From Epiperipatus broadwayi (lineage: Eukaryota > Animalia > Onychophora), in the NCBI GenBank assembly GCA_028023455.1, contig JAQFVV010000006.1, positions 6,138,001-6,202,000 of the forward strand: a stretch of DNA of 64,000 nucleotides, written 5' to 3'. The position numbers and the translations under genes were made by a program. The notes beneath the pieces are model-generated. The model did not search any database, was not told where the DNA came from, and saw only the letters and a list, made by a program, of their open reading frames with translations. Shown here piece after piece: positions 25,210-38,580 of the stretch. Numbering within the stretch: the first letter of the stretch is position 1; each line of letters starts with the position of its first letter.

Positions 25210-25705
25210 ATAAATTTGGCTGAACGTTTTCGAGGAACCGTGCCTCATACTCATAGCCTTAGTGAAAGTGTACTTAATATATGTAAATGAGAATATTCAA
25301 ATGAGTTACTGTTACGTAGCCCATTTTTTTCAAGATGTCGAAGCACATGTCTCTTCTGTTGATTGCATGGATGTCTCTGTTAATGTAGAATGCCTCCTTT
25401 ATTTTTCTCCTGTAGTCGTTTGGTTCTGAGCATAAAATAACGGGGTTAGCGGGTATGAAATTGTGCCCTGATTGTTTAGTATGTTCAAAAAATGCAGAAG
25501 ATGTACTGCTGTTCGTTTGGGCTCTGTTGAAGGTGTACCGATGTTGAGCCAATCTGGTGTTAATTGTGGCTTTCGTTTCACCATAATATGTGGCGTGGCA
25601 TCCGGCTTGGGGGCAGGAAATGGAGTACACCACATGTGGGGTGAGTGCTGGATGAATGTAGTCTTTGGAATTATTGATCAACCTATTAGTGTTGGGTGGA
25701 GTTCT
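25210..25705 (-). mobile_element. 5'-truncated Penelope-like element (family C): GIY-YIG endonuclease C-terminus followed by a hammerhead
   Basis: Open frame VVYSISCPQAGCHATYYGETKATINTRLAQH...SAFFEHTKQSGHNF...RRKIKEAFYI..DIHAINR is a PLE-type GIY-YIG with CxxC and His. CpGs are retained, so the copy looks young. Confidence 0.88.
25218..25258 (-). ncRNA. Minimal type I hammerhead with an A3-U8 core pair (family C)
   Basis: GGCU AUGAGUA U GAGG-CACGGUU-CCUC GAAA A-CG-U UC^ AGCC. Stem I 4 bp, stem II 4 bp, palindromic stem III AACGUU; 16 nt downstream of the GIY-YIG stop codon. Confidence 0.7.
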
Positions 25706-27557
25706 GAATATTATGCTGAATTTGTTATTTTTAGTGTATATAAAAAAAAGGTTTTAAAACATGTTTTCATTTGAAAAATCAAAATGCAAAATTAAACTGT
25801 CAAAATTCATTGACAGGCAATGTCTGGTGAAGAACAGAAGAAACAACCAATCAGCACCTTGAAAGGCAGTGCTTACATCATTGTTATACAGCTAAATTTA
25901 AATATTATTGATTTATTAGTTGTAAATAAATTCTAAAGGTGGCAGCATTATTCAGTATGATCAATAAAATATAAAATCAGCAAAATAACATTAATAAATA
26001 GCAGAGTAATATAAAACTGCATACAAAATAATCAATCTGTGCAGTTTGCAGGTTAATAATAAATTGAAATGGCACATTTACAAATATATTTACAAAGTAG
26101 TGTATTTGTTTAATTGTTCAAAATTCTCTTTCATTGAAATTAAATACCTGTTCCTGACATTTCTTTTCTTTGATACTTTTTAAACTTTTAATGAAAATGT
26201 AGCGGAAGCTTTGTTGTCAGAAGATGCCACTTCAGTTATTTTAATGTTTCAAGATATTACTGATGTTAGAATATATACAATCATTCTCTCTTTGTGGTGA
26301 ATAGCTTAGAATTGTTGATCCAGATCCAATGCTAAATTCATCATAGAAACTTAAGGCTTTTTAATGCAATTCAAGATCATCAACCAGAACATTCTTACAA
26401 TAGATAGCATTAATGCCTAGATCTATGGCTCTAAAATCTAGTTATAACTTTCGCTGTTTCAGAGCCTAAGCGACAATAGCATAAATCTGCTTTGTTTTAT
26501 AAACTCTCTGCTTGATGATTCAAACTTTTAAAAGACATATATGATATCTTATTTCTCTTTATTGAATCAATATTTTTTCTTCTTGGTTAGTAGAAGTTCT
26601 TTATGACTTTTTTGGATTTGTTTCTTATTGTACTTTAATATATTTTACTAAAAATATATGAACTATATAAAGTATAAAACTTTTGGGAGAAAAATGTAAA
26701 GAAAAATATTCTGTGCATATGCTTTTAACTAACGTACTGAACATCATTTAAATCGTGAAAAAAACATGACTAAATAAATTCATGTTGAGATTTGAAAGCA
26801 TTAAATTTACAGTGAAAAAAAATAGCTGTCACAGTACAGAGATTTGTCAAATTTAACAAGTGTGTAAATTACAGTTTTTTCTGTTGTTTATATTTTTGTT
26901 GTTGTTGTTTATTTACATTTTTAGTTTGTGGCTTCACTGTGATTCGCTTTATTATTTTTTTTTTGCTATATTTTGAAAATAAAAATAAGAGATTTTGGAA
27001 TATGTTTCATTTGTAAACTTATATTTCTAGTAAATTGCGTACAATTTATAGATTATAACTATACAGAAGGCACATTCTTCCACACACATACCATTAAACA
27101 AGGATACTCTCATCCCAACCCCAAGACAGGGAATTGCAAAAAATATGAAAAATCATCTTATTTCTGTGCTCAAATGTTATTATATGAACCAATCTTAAGC
27201 TTCTAGAAGTGAGAGTGTGAATATATAAATTATTCACTCTAAATCCATTTCTTATTTTTAATATTCTTATTAATACTTATGAAATATTTAAATTTACTTT
27301 GTGCCAATATTAAGTAATGTTAAATTATGTAATACTCGATAAATTTTGTAAGTGCTTAAAAATTTTTATAGAGTATTACATAATTTATTGATTAATAAAA
27401 TTAAATAAAACATTTAATATTATAATAAAATGTTGCTTTTTCAACTAAAACTGCCGCTAGGGGATGATGGAAAAGCAATGAAATGCAGAAGGATTAATAA
27501 TAACATATTGATCAACAGATATTTAAGCATGAAAAAGGAATGCTACAGATTTTATCC

Positions 27558-27652
27558 TTTTTTTTATGTGTGAAAACATTGGCCGGGAAGCGAACCTGGG
27601 ACAACTGCTTGTAAGGCGGCTGTGCTGACCACTCAGCCACCAATGCTTAACA
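27558..27652 (-). mobile_element. tRNA-Gly-derived short repeat (TAC)
   Basis: gcattggtggctgagtggtcagcacagccgccttacaagcagttgtcccaggttcgcttcccggccaatgt plus A tail. Confidence 0.8.
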
Positions 27653-27662
27653 AAAGATTTTG

Positions 27663-29662
27663 GGTTCTAGTAAACTATTAACTATGCAGCCTTTGGTGGC
27701 ATTGTTTCTGTGTAAAAACACAGAATTATACCGCTTTCGCGGCTGAACCTATGGCTAATATACGAGTGATCATTAATATACGAGTAGATCGTATGTAGTG
27801 GTTACATTATGCGGCCAATTCTTCTGCGTTCAATAACACTACATCTACTAACAATACTATGATCGTATAGTTTGCCGTTGATTTCATTGTGGGTTGAATT
27901 CCTATGCATATTGACAGAATTTGTATTGTCGCTAGAATTTAAGATGAGAGTGTGAGCATTGTCATCTTTTTCAAGTGTTTATTTGTTGATGTTTATGATT
28001 TTCTGTATTTCCCAACTGAAAGATTTTTGCGTACTAGTAATTTTCAGCGTATTATTGATATTTGTCAAAAAATTTTTTTTTGGCTAATTTTGGCTTTTTT
28101 GGGGGTCAAAAAAGACAAAATAAAATTTCTCAAGCTCTCTGGCAGACGATTGGAGTTGTTTGCGGAAAAATACCGTTTCTGTCATGACTCGGACGAGAGT
28201 TGAAAAAGAAGAACAAAATGTCTACCACGTTATTATATTTGTGGGACGTCCCAAACAGAGAAAGTGAGGCAGTTGCATTTTTGCAAGCCCAAAACATCCT
28301 GCCATTCATTACAGTTGATTTAGTTCAGTCATATGTGGTTAATAAATTTATTTTCTGGAAAGAATTTGTGTTTTGTTTGCGATTATTTTTATCTGTAAAT
28401 CATGTAATTAACACCCAGAATGACAGTGTTAAAAAGGGGTGGCGTAGTTTGTTGGACATCTCTTGATTGATTGATTTTTTTAAAAAAAAAAAAACTTCTT
28501 CTTTTGACATACCTATTCATTCCGTTTAGAAGCAAAAAGAGGTTTTTTGTTGTTGTTGTTTTAAATCAATACACAGCACATTAAGTAGATTTTAAAAATG
28601 AACCCGAGCTTAATTTTTGTTGTTAAAAAAGAATAAAAATACCGGACGTTTTATTTGTTATGAAAACAAAAAATCTTTAACAAACTTGTACGACTCTTTA
28701 AAAAGATAAATAAATAAATTCTACAGAATGTAACAAAACCGGTTAACATACATATTTTTTGTGTTAAAAAAAACAATACCGCGATTGACTTTTTTGTTTT
28801 TGTTTTGGACGTTTTATTTGTTATTATTAAAAAAAGCAAAAAAAAAAAGCAAAACCCGCTGCCACAAAAAAAAAACCCGTATTTATAAATCTAAGAGACA
28901 AAAGAAGTCCCGTTTTATTTATTATTATTAAAAAAAACAAAAAAATCAAAACCCTGTTTTATTTGTTATTATTAAAAAAAAACAAAAAAATCAAAACACG
29001 CCAACCAAAAAAAAAACCCCCGTATTTATAAATGTAAGATAAAATACCAAACAATTCTTTTCGTTTATAAGCAAATACGGACATCTGAGGCGGAGTTTGT
29101 CAGACAGGTTTGAATTTTTTTTGCTAAATCAATCAACAGCAAACCCCCTCATTTTTAACATAATTCAAAAAGAAAGTGTCGATTCTAATTTTAAATAACA
29201 ACAACAAAAAAAAAAAAGAAAGTCGTATGTAAAGCAAATTGTGTATATTTGAGATATTCCAAAAAAAAGTTAAAACTGTCCCTTATTACTTTGAAATGTA
29301 TCGAATCCAAAACAAAAAAATAAAAGACGTCTGTAAAAAAGAAACAGTAGATTTAGAATGGAAATACCCCCCCCCCCAAATAAAGGCGTATGTCAAAAAT
29401 TATGTACTTTTGAGAGATCCAAAAAAAAGGTCAAAGTCTCCTTTATAGTTTTAAATTTATCAAATGAAAACCAAAAAAAATAATTATGTCCAAAACAAAC
29501 AACAACAATATATTAAATATTAAAAAAAAAAAATTACAGCCGTATGTCAAAATACGATCTATTAGATAAAAAAAATCTAGCAGCCCGGTAATGTTATAAC
29601 GCTCTGTTTTTAACTAGAAACAGCGCCACCAAAGGCTGCACAGTTAATAGTTTACTAGAACC
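27663..29662 (+). mobile_element. Non-autonomous Merlin (IS1016/IS1595-like) DNA transposon derivative
   Basis: TIRs begin GG (GGTTCTAGTAAACTATTAACT(A/G)TGCAGCCTTTGGTGGC, 37/38 identical, similarity to about 60 bp). 8-bp TSD AGATTTTG (27655-27662) / AGATATTG (29663-29670). Short N-terminal remnant MSTTLLYLWDVPNRESEAVAFLQAQNILP at 28218-28304 resembles Merlin transposase starts (from memory, not searched). Confidence 0.7.
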
Positions 29663-30116
29663 AGATATTGTCTATTTCAGTACAATTATACATTAAATAG
29701 GGCAAAGTTATATAAAAGCATTTACCTTGACTATGCATTATTTCAGCATACTTCTTTACTGGGCCCTGCATATGATGATCCCCTAATATAGCATTACATC
29801 ATTATATCAAAATAGGAGCAATTTCTACCACTTTGGAACACTTTGTGAAACAAATAATCGCACTACAAGAGGTGCATCAATTAGAAATAGCAGTATTGTA
29901 GAAGTATGTATAGCCAAGCAGAGATTTTAATTTATCGCCATCCCACCTCGCATCATTGGGCATATATGTATAAAACATTTCACTTCTACATATCAAGCAA
30001 AAATATATTGACGAAGTAAATTCTCTAACAAAAAAAGTAAATTCTCTAACAAAATAAAAAAAAAATTTTTAACATCTTTGTATAGATTAGTTTTTTCTGG
30101 AATAAAGTAAATGTCT

Positions 30117-30202
30117 ATGTCAAGCATTGGTGACCGAGTGGTTAGCGCAGCCGCCTTACAAGCAGTTGTCCCGGGTTTGCTTCCCGGCCCATGCTTTGAC
30201 AT
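30117..30202 (+). mobile_element. tRNA-Gly-derived short repeat (TAC)
   Basis: gcattggtgaccgagtggttagcgcagccgccttacaagcagttgtcccgggtttgcttcccggcccatgc at 30124-30194. Confidence 0.8.
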
Positions 30203-31229
30203 ATGGGGGGGGGGGATTAAATGGGTATATACACATTATCAACTTGCAAGGAAAGTTTTTATCTTCTTTTAATTCTACATCGTTTCATTATTATTTTAAT
30301 CTTTTACAAATATGGCAATCTTCCAATTAAAACCAACTAATTTTTTTACGTCAATTTTAATTTTAAAATTGAAACAAAATTGTCATTTTGTTCATCTATT
30401 AGAATACTTTAGTTACAAATAATAATAGTAATTGCTATTTTAAGAGCTGGTCAAATATTTTTCTTAAAAGTTTTTCAGTATTTTTGTATGAGTGTGTGTG
30501 TGTTAATACACTTATAATTTCATCTCCTTGTTTTAACTCTACAGTTAAGAATAATCAGACTTCCATTTACTCACCAATACTCAGATGGTTATGGTATCTG
30601 TTTTATACTCATGCTTCCTAATGATTACTTAAGCAGTTTTGTATAAGTGTTTGTGTCAATAAACTTTCTAAGTTTATCAAGCTTGTTTTAACTTATAGCT
30701 ATGAATTGCAAGATTCCTATTTACTCACCAATAAGTAATTGGTTAACAGCATTGTCTTGGCATCTCATAATGATTGTATATAATGTGTGTTCTACAATAA
30801 TATTTACTAATAATTACATGGGTAATGTGTGTGAATTAATGCCATTATGATTTTATCGCCTTGTTTACCCTTATGGGAAAAATAGTAAAATTATTTATTG
30901 ACCAATACTGGAATAGGTAACCTGGTTGTCTTGGCATCTGTAAAAGTATATGTTATATTTTTTCTTAATGGTTATATGGATAGTATGGGCAGTTTACGAT
31001 TGGGCAGCAATAGTTGATGTGGCTTAGTGCAGTGATGGAATAGCAAATTCAGTTGATCTTTGGAATTTAGTGTAGAAATAGTCATGCATAAAGAAATCTT
31101 GACCAGTTCTCATATGATTAAAGAAAAATGAACTCAAAATGAACTCAGTTGGGTCAACTCAATGATTCTATTATACTCAACTAATTATATAATTATTAAT
31201 AACATCATTTAAGATAAAACTAGAACAGT

Positions 31230-31720
31230 GTACTGTACTGCCATCTATAGTAAGCTTGAGTAATCAGTGATTATTAGATAGCAAGGTATTATAAAACCCA
31301 ACCCTAGATCATTTCTTTCTTTTTTTTAATTATTTGGCTTCAAATATTCTTTAACTCCATTTCGCTATTCCACCTAAAAGTCTAAATTTGAACTTAAGAT
31401 TTTGAACTCAAGCCAACCTGCTGCAACAGTTATATAGATTTGAATCTAGATCAATAATTAAAGATTTTGGAATCCTTGATTTTTTTTTTTAGTTGTAGTT
31501 TTTTTTTCTTTGAATAGGATGGTTCAGAGGATCTATCTTCTCTAGCGACATCTACAGTAAGTTTGAGTAATCATTGATGACCAGACGATAATGTATTTAA
31601 GCACCCGACTCCAGACTGCTCACTAGTTATTTTTCTTTAACAATAAAGACTTGGGATTTAAAGCTAGAAGTAATCTCAAATTTCTCAAGCTTACGATAGA
31701 TGGCACTAGAATAGAGATCT
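31230..31720. repeat. Family H interspersed repeat (gccatctatagtaagcttgagtaatca motif), tandem and inverted copies; also near 18830, 37850 and 41080
   Basis: The motif recurs at about 31240, 31545, 31685 (inverted), 18835, 37853 and 41083. Confidence 0.6.
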
Positions 31721-32659
31721 TTTATGTTGTCATATTAGTCTTATTAGTGAAAACAATCGTGTTTTCTGATGATTTGATCTCTGTGAATGATATTGAGTTT
31801 TCTTTGCAATGGAACACTTAACATACAATAATATGTGTGCGTGTGAAAGCGAGTTCAGGTTAGCTGATTAAATAATTTATATGATTTCATTTTAAAGAAT
31901 AATAATAGATTAATAAAACAATTTAGGACTTACTGTCAAATCTTTTGTTGATATTAATAAACTTAAATTTTAGACACGTTTTCTATTTCAGCTTTAAGAA
32001 ACATTAAGCGCGGTAACAGCTGTCAGGTTGAAAGAGATTAATTTTGGTAAGAATACTAAAAACACTAGTCTGAGGTGATAAACAGACTCTGCCACCTGGC
32101 CTTTACAATTATTCCACTAACACGACATCCCTGGCAAACTGGAAATGTTGCAAGCAGAAGTTAATTATTCTTATCCATGTAACACTCAGCAAAATTTGTA
32201 AAGCAGTAGACGAATATTTAAAATCAAACTGTTTTCATTTTCTATTTTGTTTTCTTTCTATAAATAAAGGTGACTTTTTTTTTACTGTGAAGTGTTGTGC
32301 GTAAATATTCAAATAAATATCATGGATGGTTTAACAGAGCGGCTGAATAATGGATTCAAAAACTAAAAGTGTCTGGATCGAAGCTCAATCTATCATTCCC
32401 AGAGTTCGAATGTCACATGACTTCTCGATTTCATTATTTATTATAAAAATCACTGCCATGTTAAAGTTATAGCCAGGGGATTCAGATTGCTTAACTCCTG
32501 AAGTCACGTGAAACTGACAAAGTTTTTTACATTATTTTTAGTAACATACTAAGGCAAATAAATGTATATATAATATAGAACGATTTATGACACCGTTACT
32601 ACTTTATGTGGACATATGATCCGATTGTTTGTCACATTATACAAAATATATAAAAGCAT

Positions 32660-33650
32660 AATTATATACTTAACCTAGATGTAATTAAAGGGGATTTGAA
32701 CCCAGACTTTCAAACTCCCTACAGACATCTACTCTATCCAATATGACCGATCCACATGACTACATACATGTGAAAATGCTGAACCAGCCCTCATCAGTTG
32801 GTCTGGATCATCATCGCCAACACATACATATGTTCAGTGCTCAGTTTATATTAAGATAGCAAATTTACATACTTTAATGAACAGTCTTCAAACCTCTCCA
32901 TCCTCTGACTCTTTAGCCATCCACATCACTGAAAATCTAATAATAAAATGCTCAAAGCCCTTGATGATGCCAGTATTATAGTCATACCCATGTTGACCTT
33001 AAGTCAATCTGACTCCTCATATGTAGGATCTCAATATGTCCATTTAAATATACAGAAGAGGAATAGGCAGAAAACAGGCTGAATATGTAATGCTGAAATA
33101 ATAAGTATAATATATATACATAACCTAAATGTAATTAAAGGGGATTTGAACCCAGACTTTCAAGCTCCCTACAGTATATACATTATTATTGTATTTCAAT
33201 AATACATATTTAGCCTGCATTCTGCCCATCCCTCTTCTGTGTATTTAAATGGACATATTGAGGCCTTATATATGAGGGATCAGATTGACGACTTAAGGGC
33301 AACATGGGTATGAGTACAATATTGGCATCATCAATGGCTTTGAGCATTCCATCATCACATTTTCAGTAATATAGATGGATGGAGAGTGGAGAGGATTGAA
33401 ACCTGTCCATTAAAGTGGGTATATTTACTATCTTAATATAAATCAAGCACTGACTATATTTGTGCGTGGGAGATGATGATCCGCCCAACTGATGTGGGCT
33501 GGTTCAGCGTGAAATGCAAATATTGGAGATCATTTATTCTTCTCTCATGTATGTGGTCATGTGTATCAGTTATATTGGATAGAATGGCTGATTGTAGGCA
33601 GCTTGAAAATTTGGGTTCAAATTCCCTTTAATTATATTTTATATGAATAG
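32660..33650. mobile_element. Family E2: 450-bp unit plus overlap, followed by a full inverted arm
   Basis: taaccta(g/a)atgtaattaaaggggatttgaacccagactttcaa at 32671 and 33121; 33175-33650 is the reverse complement of about 32680-33100; hammerhead stem II is related to family E. Confidence 0.8.
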
Positions 33651-36182
33651 TGGTTCCATTGATTCCCTGTCAGCATTCTCTTCAATATTTTTTGTTTTAA
33701 TATCTGTCATGGGAGTTTATTACTATGATGACATTGTATCATGTGTATAATGAACAACTGTGATTCTCAAAAATCAAGAACGTATTGATTTATTTGGAGA
33801 AATTTGTTTGCAAGAAATTATGCAAAGCAAATGTTTGAATTTTAATTGTGACTAATTTGCAAAAGTAAATTGAATTTTGAAAAGATTACTAAAGGGGATT
33901 TATAGAATCTGAAGCTCAGGTACCTAATCCAGTTCAGATTAAGACTATTTTTTTTAAATTATTCCATATTAATATAGTTAACTTTATACTCAGGTAGTAC
34001 ATGTTATGATTTCAAAAATTATATTTGTCACATGATTTCTAGCAGTTGTGCTTTATAATAGCTTTTGATCAACTCTTTATATGGATGTTCTGGTTTATCC
34101 TCCCAAAGTAATAAAATAAAGGGTCATATGAGTAATACCCTTTTTTGGCATGTTTGTAACCTGTAATTCAAACCTGGACTAGATATATCATGGAAATTTC
34201 TTTTAGATCATGAGTAGGCTTTGGATACCTCTTTCTCCACACACTGACTTACAATAAATTCCAGTAGACATCTGGTACTGATTGATAATTGGATATCTAA
34301 TTATCAATTATAGCATATCATTTGCAAGTGATTCTATGGCCACAAATGAACTCATTAATTGCTAAAGAGCATAATCTTTTGACAATCCGCATGAGAGATG
34401 TATTTTGTTGTACTATGCATTGATTTGATAATTCTTATTAAAAGAAATTGTGGCTTCTGGAAAGGAATTTTAGCAATACATATCTTTTTTTAATTATCTG
34501 AGTAATAAGTCTGTCTTTATATTTTAATGTGCCAAAAAAAAAAAGAAGAGATGAATAATTTGCTACAACCTACATTATCAAATAAAAAAAAATTGCACTA
34601 TTTACTTTCTTTGTTTATGCTTTAGAAAGAATATCGAGGTAACCCACAAGAAGCAATAGGCTTATAAAGTGAGATGATGATAAAAGAAACTATTTGTGAG
34701 AGTGAAACAAATCTTCTCAATATTTTGCAAATCTTATTCATACCCTGCAACCATTCCTGATGATGTGAAAAGTGATCAACTTTATTGTCAGATTAAAGCA
34801 ATGATGATCATGTTGCCATTCAATTCAGTCAGGCCACTTTTAAATATTAACCTAACTTCAAGAACTGCATTGTCAAAACAGCATTCAAGTTTAAAGTTCT
34901 CAATATCTATGGACAAATGTCAAAAATGATGGCCTAAAGAGTGAGTGAGCTGGGAGATGACTGTAATATGATGCAACCATGGTTCATTGTTAATTGTCAA
35001 ATAATCAAGAATGTTTTGATATATAGCAGCACCCATTCCTAAAGATGTTCAACTAGTTGTTTTATATAAAAGACGTCTGTCAATTTCAATTCCGTATGGA
35101 ACACACAAAATTATGTATAAATATTTAGTCTGTGTAATAAAATTCTTTAAAAATTTTAAATGAAGTCAAAATATAATCAACAAAGTATGTTACAATATTT
35201 TAAATATTGCATAAATTAGGGAGTAATCTATTCTATAATATGTTATACCATTGTGAATGTTAAGCAGAGACCTCTTTTATCATTACCAGAAACTACTATA
35301 TTGTTATCCACTTGAAAACTTTCAAAAATAGATTAGGTTAAACATTTTACATAAACAGTTAATTATATTTTTAAAAATAATAGTATAATATTGATAAAAA
35401 TTTTCTTCAGTCAAATGCAGGACCAGGGTGTCCAACTTTTAGCCTGAGGCAATATTTAAAAGCTGCACCTTTTAAAATTATTGAAAAGGGCTATTAATAC
35501 TTATTTAAAAGGACTCCATTGTGCAGAAGTATAACATTTTCCTACCATGACTATAACTGAAGATTCGAATACAGGTTAAATGAATTATAAGAGGCTTAGC
35601 ATTTTTGCTCTCCTGCAGTTGGCCCACAGTATAGCTTACAATTTAATATAGTCAGTAAATGAATATCAAATTAAAGAAAAAGAAGATGAAAAGCTATATA
35701 ATCCCTCACTATCTAGTTGCTGTTGAGACTGGTGGGTACTATTTTGTCTTTCACTACTCCTCTACAAGAGGACCTTCAATAGTTTTTCCAATATTTATTA
35801 TATACCAGTGTTTTATCTCCTTAATTTAAAGTGGTTTTCTTATATATTTATTAAAAAATACAAACAAAAATTAAAAATTATAAAACAAAATAAAATATAA
35901 TTTTTAAAAAATCCTTGAGATTGATAGCTTTTCTATAATTTATTGTTTTAGATATAGGCTATTTGCCTAGAAATTATTGGGTGGTGGTTTAGAATGCACT
36001 CTCTGCCATTTTGGTTTCTAAAGGGATCCACAAAACTAAAATGCCAGAGAGACTACTCTAAACTGGTACCGTGTTTAATAAATACTTTTTAAAATTAAAT
36101 TATCTAAAAAATACTTTAATTCAGAGTTATTATAAAATATCTGATCTGTTACATAATCATCATTTCTTATGCTTGCTCAAGC

Positions 36183-36385
36183 TGTTAAAACAGGCAAAAC
36201 CCTCCTTACAGTGGTGCCACTCAGTGCAAGCCAGAGTAATCAATGGATGCAAGCTATAAACTAATATGGAGATATTGGATGAATAGGCACTAGATAGGAA
36301 TTTTATACACAAACCCCCTTGAATCTATTGATTACTCTGGCTTACACTGAGTGGCACTACTATATGGAGAGTTTTGCTGTGTTTT
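36183..36385. mobile_element. Family A fold-back copy
   Basis: Forward arm to about 36250, then reverse-strand family A sequence to about 36385. Confidence 0.8.
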
Positions 36386-37929
36386 ATCAGATCTCTTCTC
36401 AACTTTTGAATCTTTTTTTGCTTACATTTTTTTAATAGTTATCTATTTCATTAAAGCAATACTTGGGAAAATTTTACAAGTGGATGAAATTTTTATTTAG
36501 GGACTTGAGCAATGTTTGATTAAAGAGATAGTGGGTTGGCACATTTTGCATTAAAAATGACCACAGTCTTTCCTTTTATTTAGTTATTTTTTTAGTACTA
36601 ATTCAATAAAAATAATTTTCCCCAACTATTGTGGTCCATTTTAGAACCTATTTTAATTCAGCATCTGGGGCATTTGTCTTCTTGCATCAAACCATTGGAC
36701 CTGATTTCCAATGTATACATTCTCTTCATTTTTATAAACTGGTATTAGTATTAAATTAAATCTATTTCATGGAACAAAGGTATCTAAATACATTACTTGG
36801 ATACATCTAAAGAATCATGTTATTACATAAACTTTTAAATAATCTACCTTTTTGTTATAAGGTAGGTATATTTATAGGTTTATTTTAAAAAATGATTCTT
36901 TAGAATCTGCCACAAACAGCAAATTTCTCCATTCACTAGTGCCACCTTGTGAAAGCTTTAGGAATCAACAGTTGCAATTGTATGGAGAAATTTGTTATTG
37001 TTTTAATAGCTTGTGTAAGACAAAGAAAAGGTACCATGTGATGTTTTAATGGATTAGACTGTTTGTAATATCCTAGTAATGTATTTAGTAGTATTTATTC
37101 CATAAAAGACATTTGTTCCATTTGATCAGCAGCAAAATCATATATGTAATGATTAAAATCATTGTTATAATGGCAAGTATATACACGTATTAATGTATGT
37201 ACAAAAGAATACATTTAAGTTGCATAACATATGATACCCTGCATTTAAAAACACAGGCAGTACAATGCATACTTCAAGGCAATTGAATAATAAATTCTCC
37301 TTATGATTTTCAAATGGTGTATTTAATCTCTTATAATTTTGTGTTCTCTTCCTATTCTAACATTACATTCCCAATCCATATCATCATTACATATCTACTT
37401 TGCATTGCTTTTGATTACTTACATCCTTTTATAAAAACGGTTTATTGTTGGCATCCTAATATCTTATCCAATTAAATTGCTCTGGACAGTTTAGCACAAT
37501 GTTTGAATAATGGATTTGGGAACTAAATATCTCGAAATTAAAGCTCAACTTGTCTAGTGCTCAAATGTCACAAGATCTCCCAAGCAACTAAAAATTAGAT
37601 TTTTTTTTTTAAAATTAAATAATTATTATCTATAAAAAATTTTACTATGTGGTTAATAAATAATACCTACTCTACTATTTTTATATTATCTCTAGAACAA
37701 AATGGCTCCATGTCACTCAGTTTTGTTATTATCATCTCCAGCTTTAGTCCTATAAATGTCAGTAATACATCACATGACCAACAAGACATTCCATGACTTT
37801 AGCTTACACATTGTTATTCATTAGCAAATTATTATATTTTCACTACTTTACGCCATCTAGTGTAAGCTTTAGTAATCAATAGATCTAGATGGTAGTGATT
37901 AATAAATTCTTATCTTACGCAGTTCTATT

Positions 37930-38075
37930 TAAATACCCCCAGAATAGTTTCTGACTTAAGGTTTTCATCAATGAGGATCTTTTTGATTTTTTGAACAATG
38001 GATTGCCTAAAAATCTAAAAAGCTCCTCACTGATGAACACCATAAGCGGAAAAACCAGCCTGGAAATATGTAGAT
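37930..38075. mobile_element. Old family A fold-back remnant with two decayed hammerhead halves
   Basis: ccccagaatagtttctgacttaaggttttcatcaatgagga versus gctcctcactgatgaacaccataagcggaaaaaccagcctgg. Confidence 0.6.
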
Positions 38076-38169
38076 AGAATAGTTATGAATAACGATTTAT
38101 TTGTCATCTATTGTTTACTAATATACTAGATGATGTAAAATTAGAAAGACTGGAAAAATAATACAAAAA

Positions 38170-38580
38170 CTCTGTCAGATAATAGTCTTCACATATAAAG
38201 TGTGATAAACAGAGTAACTAAAATCCAAATAACATTAACCACAAAAATTATTTGCCAAGCGCTTTCGGTACCATGTACCAGAATCATGGAGACATATTGG
38301 AACTAAATGGTTAATACTCCAGGGCATGCTCAGTGGAACACTAGTATTCCCAGCGTTCCACTGAGAATGCACTGGAATATTAACTATTCAGTTCCAATAT
38401 GTCACCATGATCCACTGTGCATGCACTGGAATATTAATTGTTCAGTTCCTTTCGGTCATCATGATTCTGGTACATGGTACCCAAAGTGCTCGGCAAATAT
38501 TTTTTATGATTAATGTTTTTTTGAATTTTAGCTACTCTGTCAGATTTTATACGTGAAGAATAATTTGCTAATAAGCTCTA
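38170..38580. repeat. Imperfect fold-back / MITE-like element
   Basis: atttgccaagcgctttcggtaccatgtaccagaatcatg versus catgattctggtacatggtacccaaagtgctcggcaaat; inner hairpin ctcagtggaac...gttccactgag. Confidence 0.75.

Noticed and set aside
30124-30194. Functional tRNA-Val(TAC) gene, or bacterial origin (anticodon arm CTGCCTTACAAGCAG resembles bacterial tRNA-Val)
   Set aside because: The rest of the body follows eukaryotic tRNA-Gly(TCC), copies are mutually diverged with broken stems or boxes, and one copy keeps TCC; best treated as a tRNA-derived repeat.
34300-35000. Possible hAT or other transposase remnant
   Set aside because: Only vague similarity; no diagnostic motif could be read with confidence.
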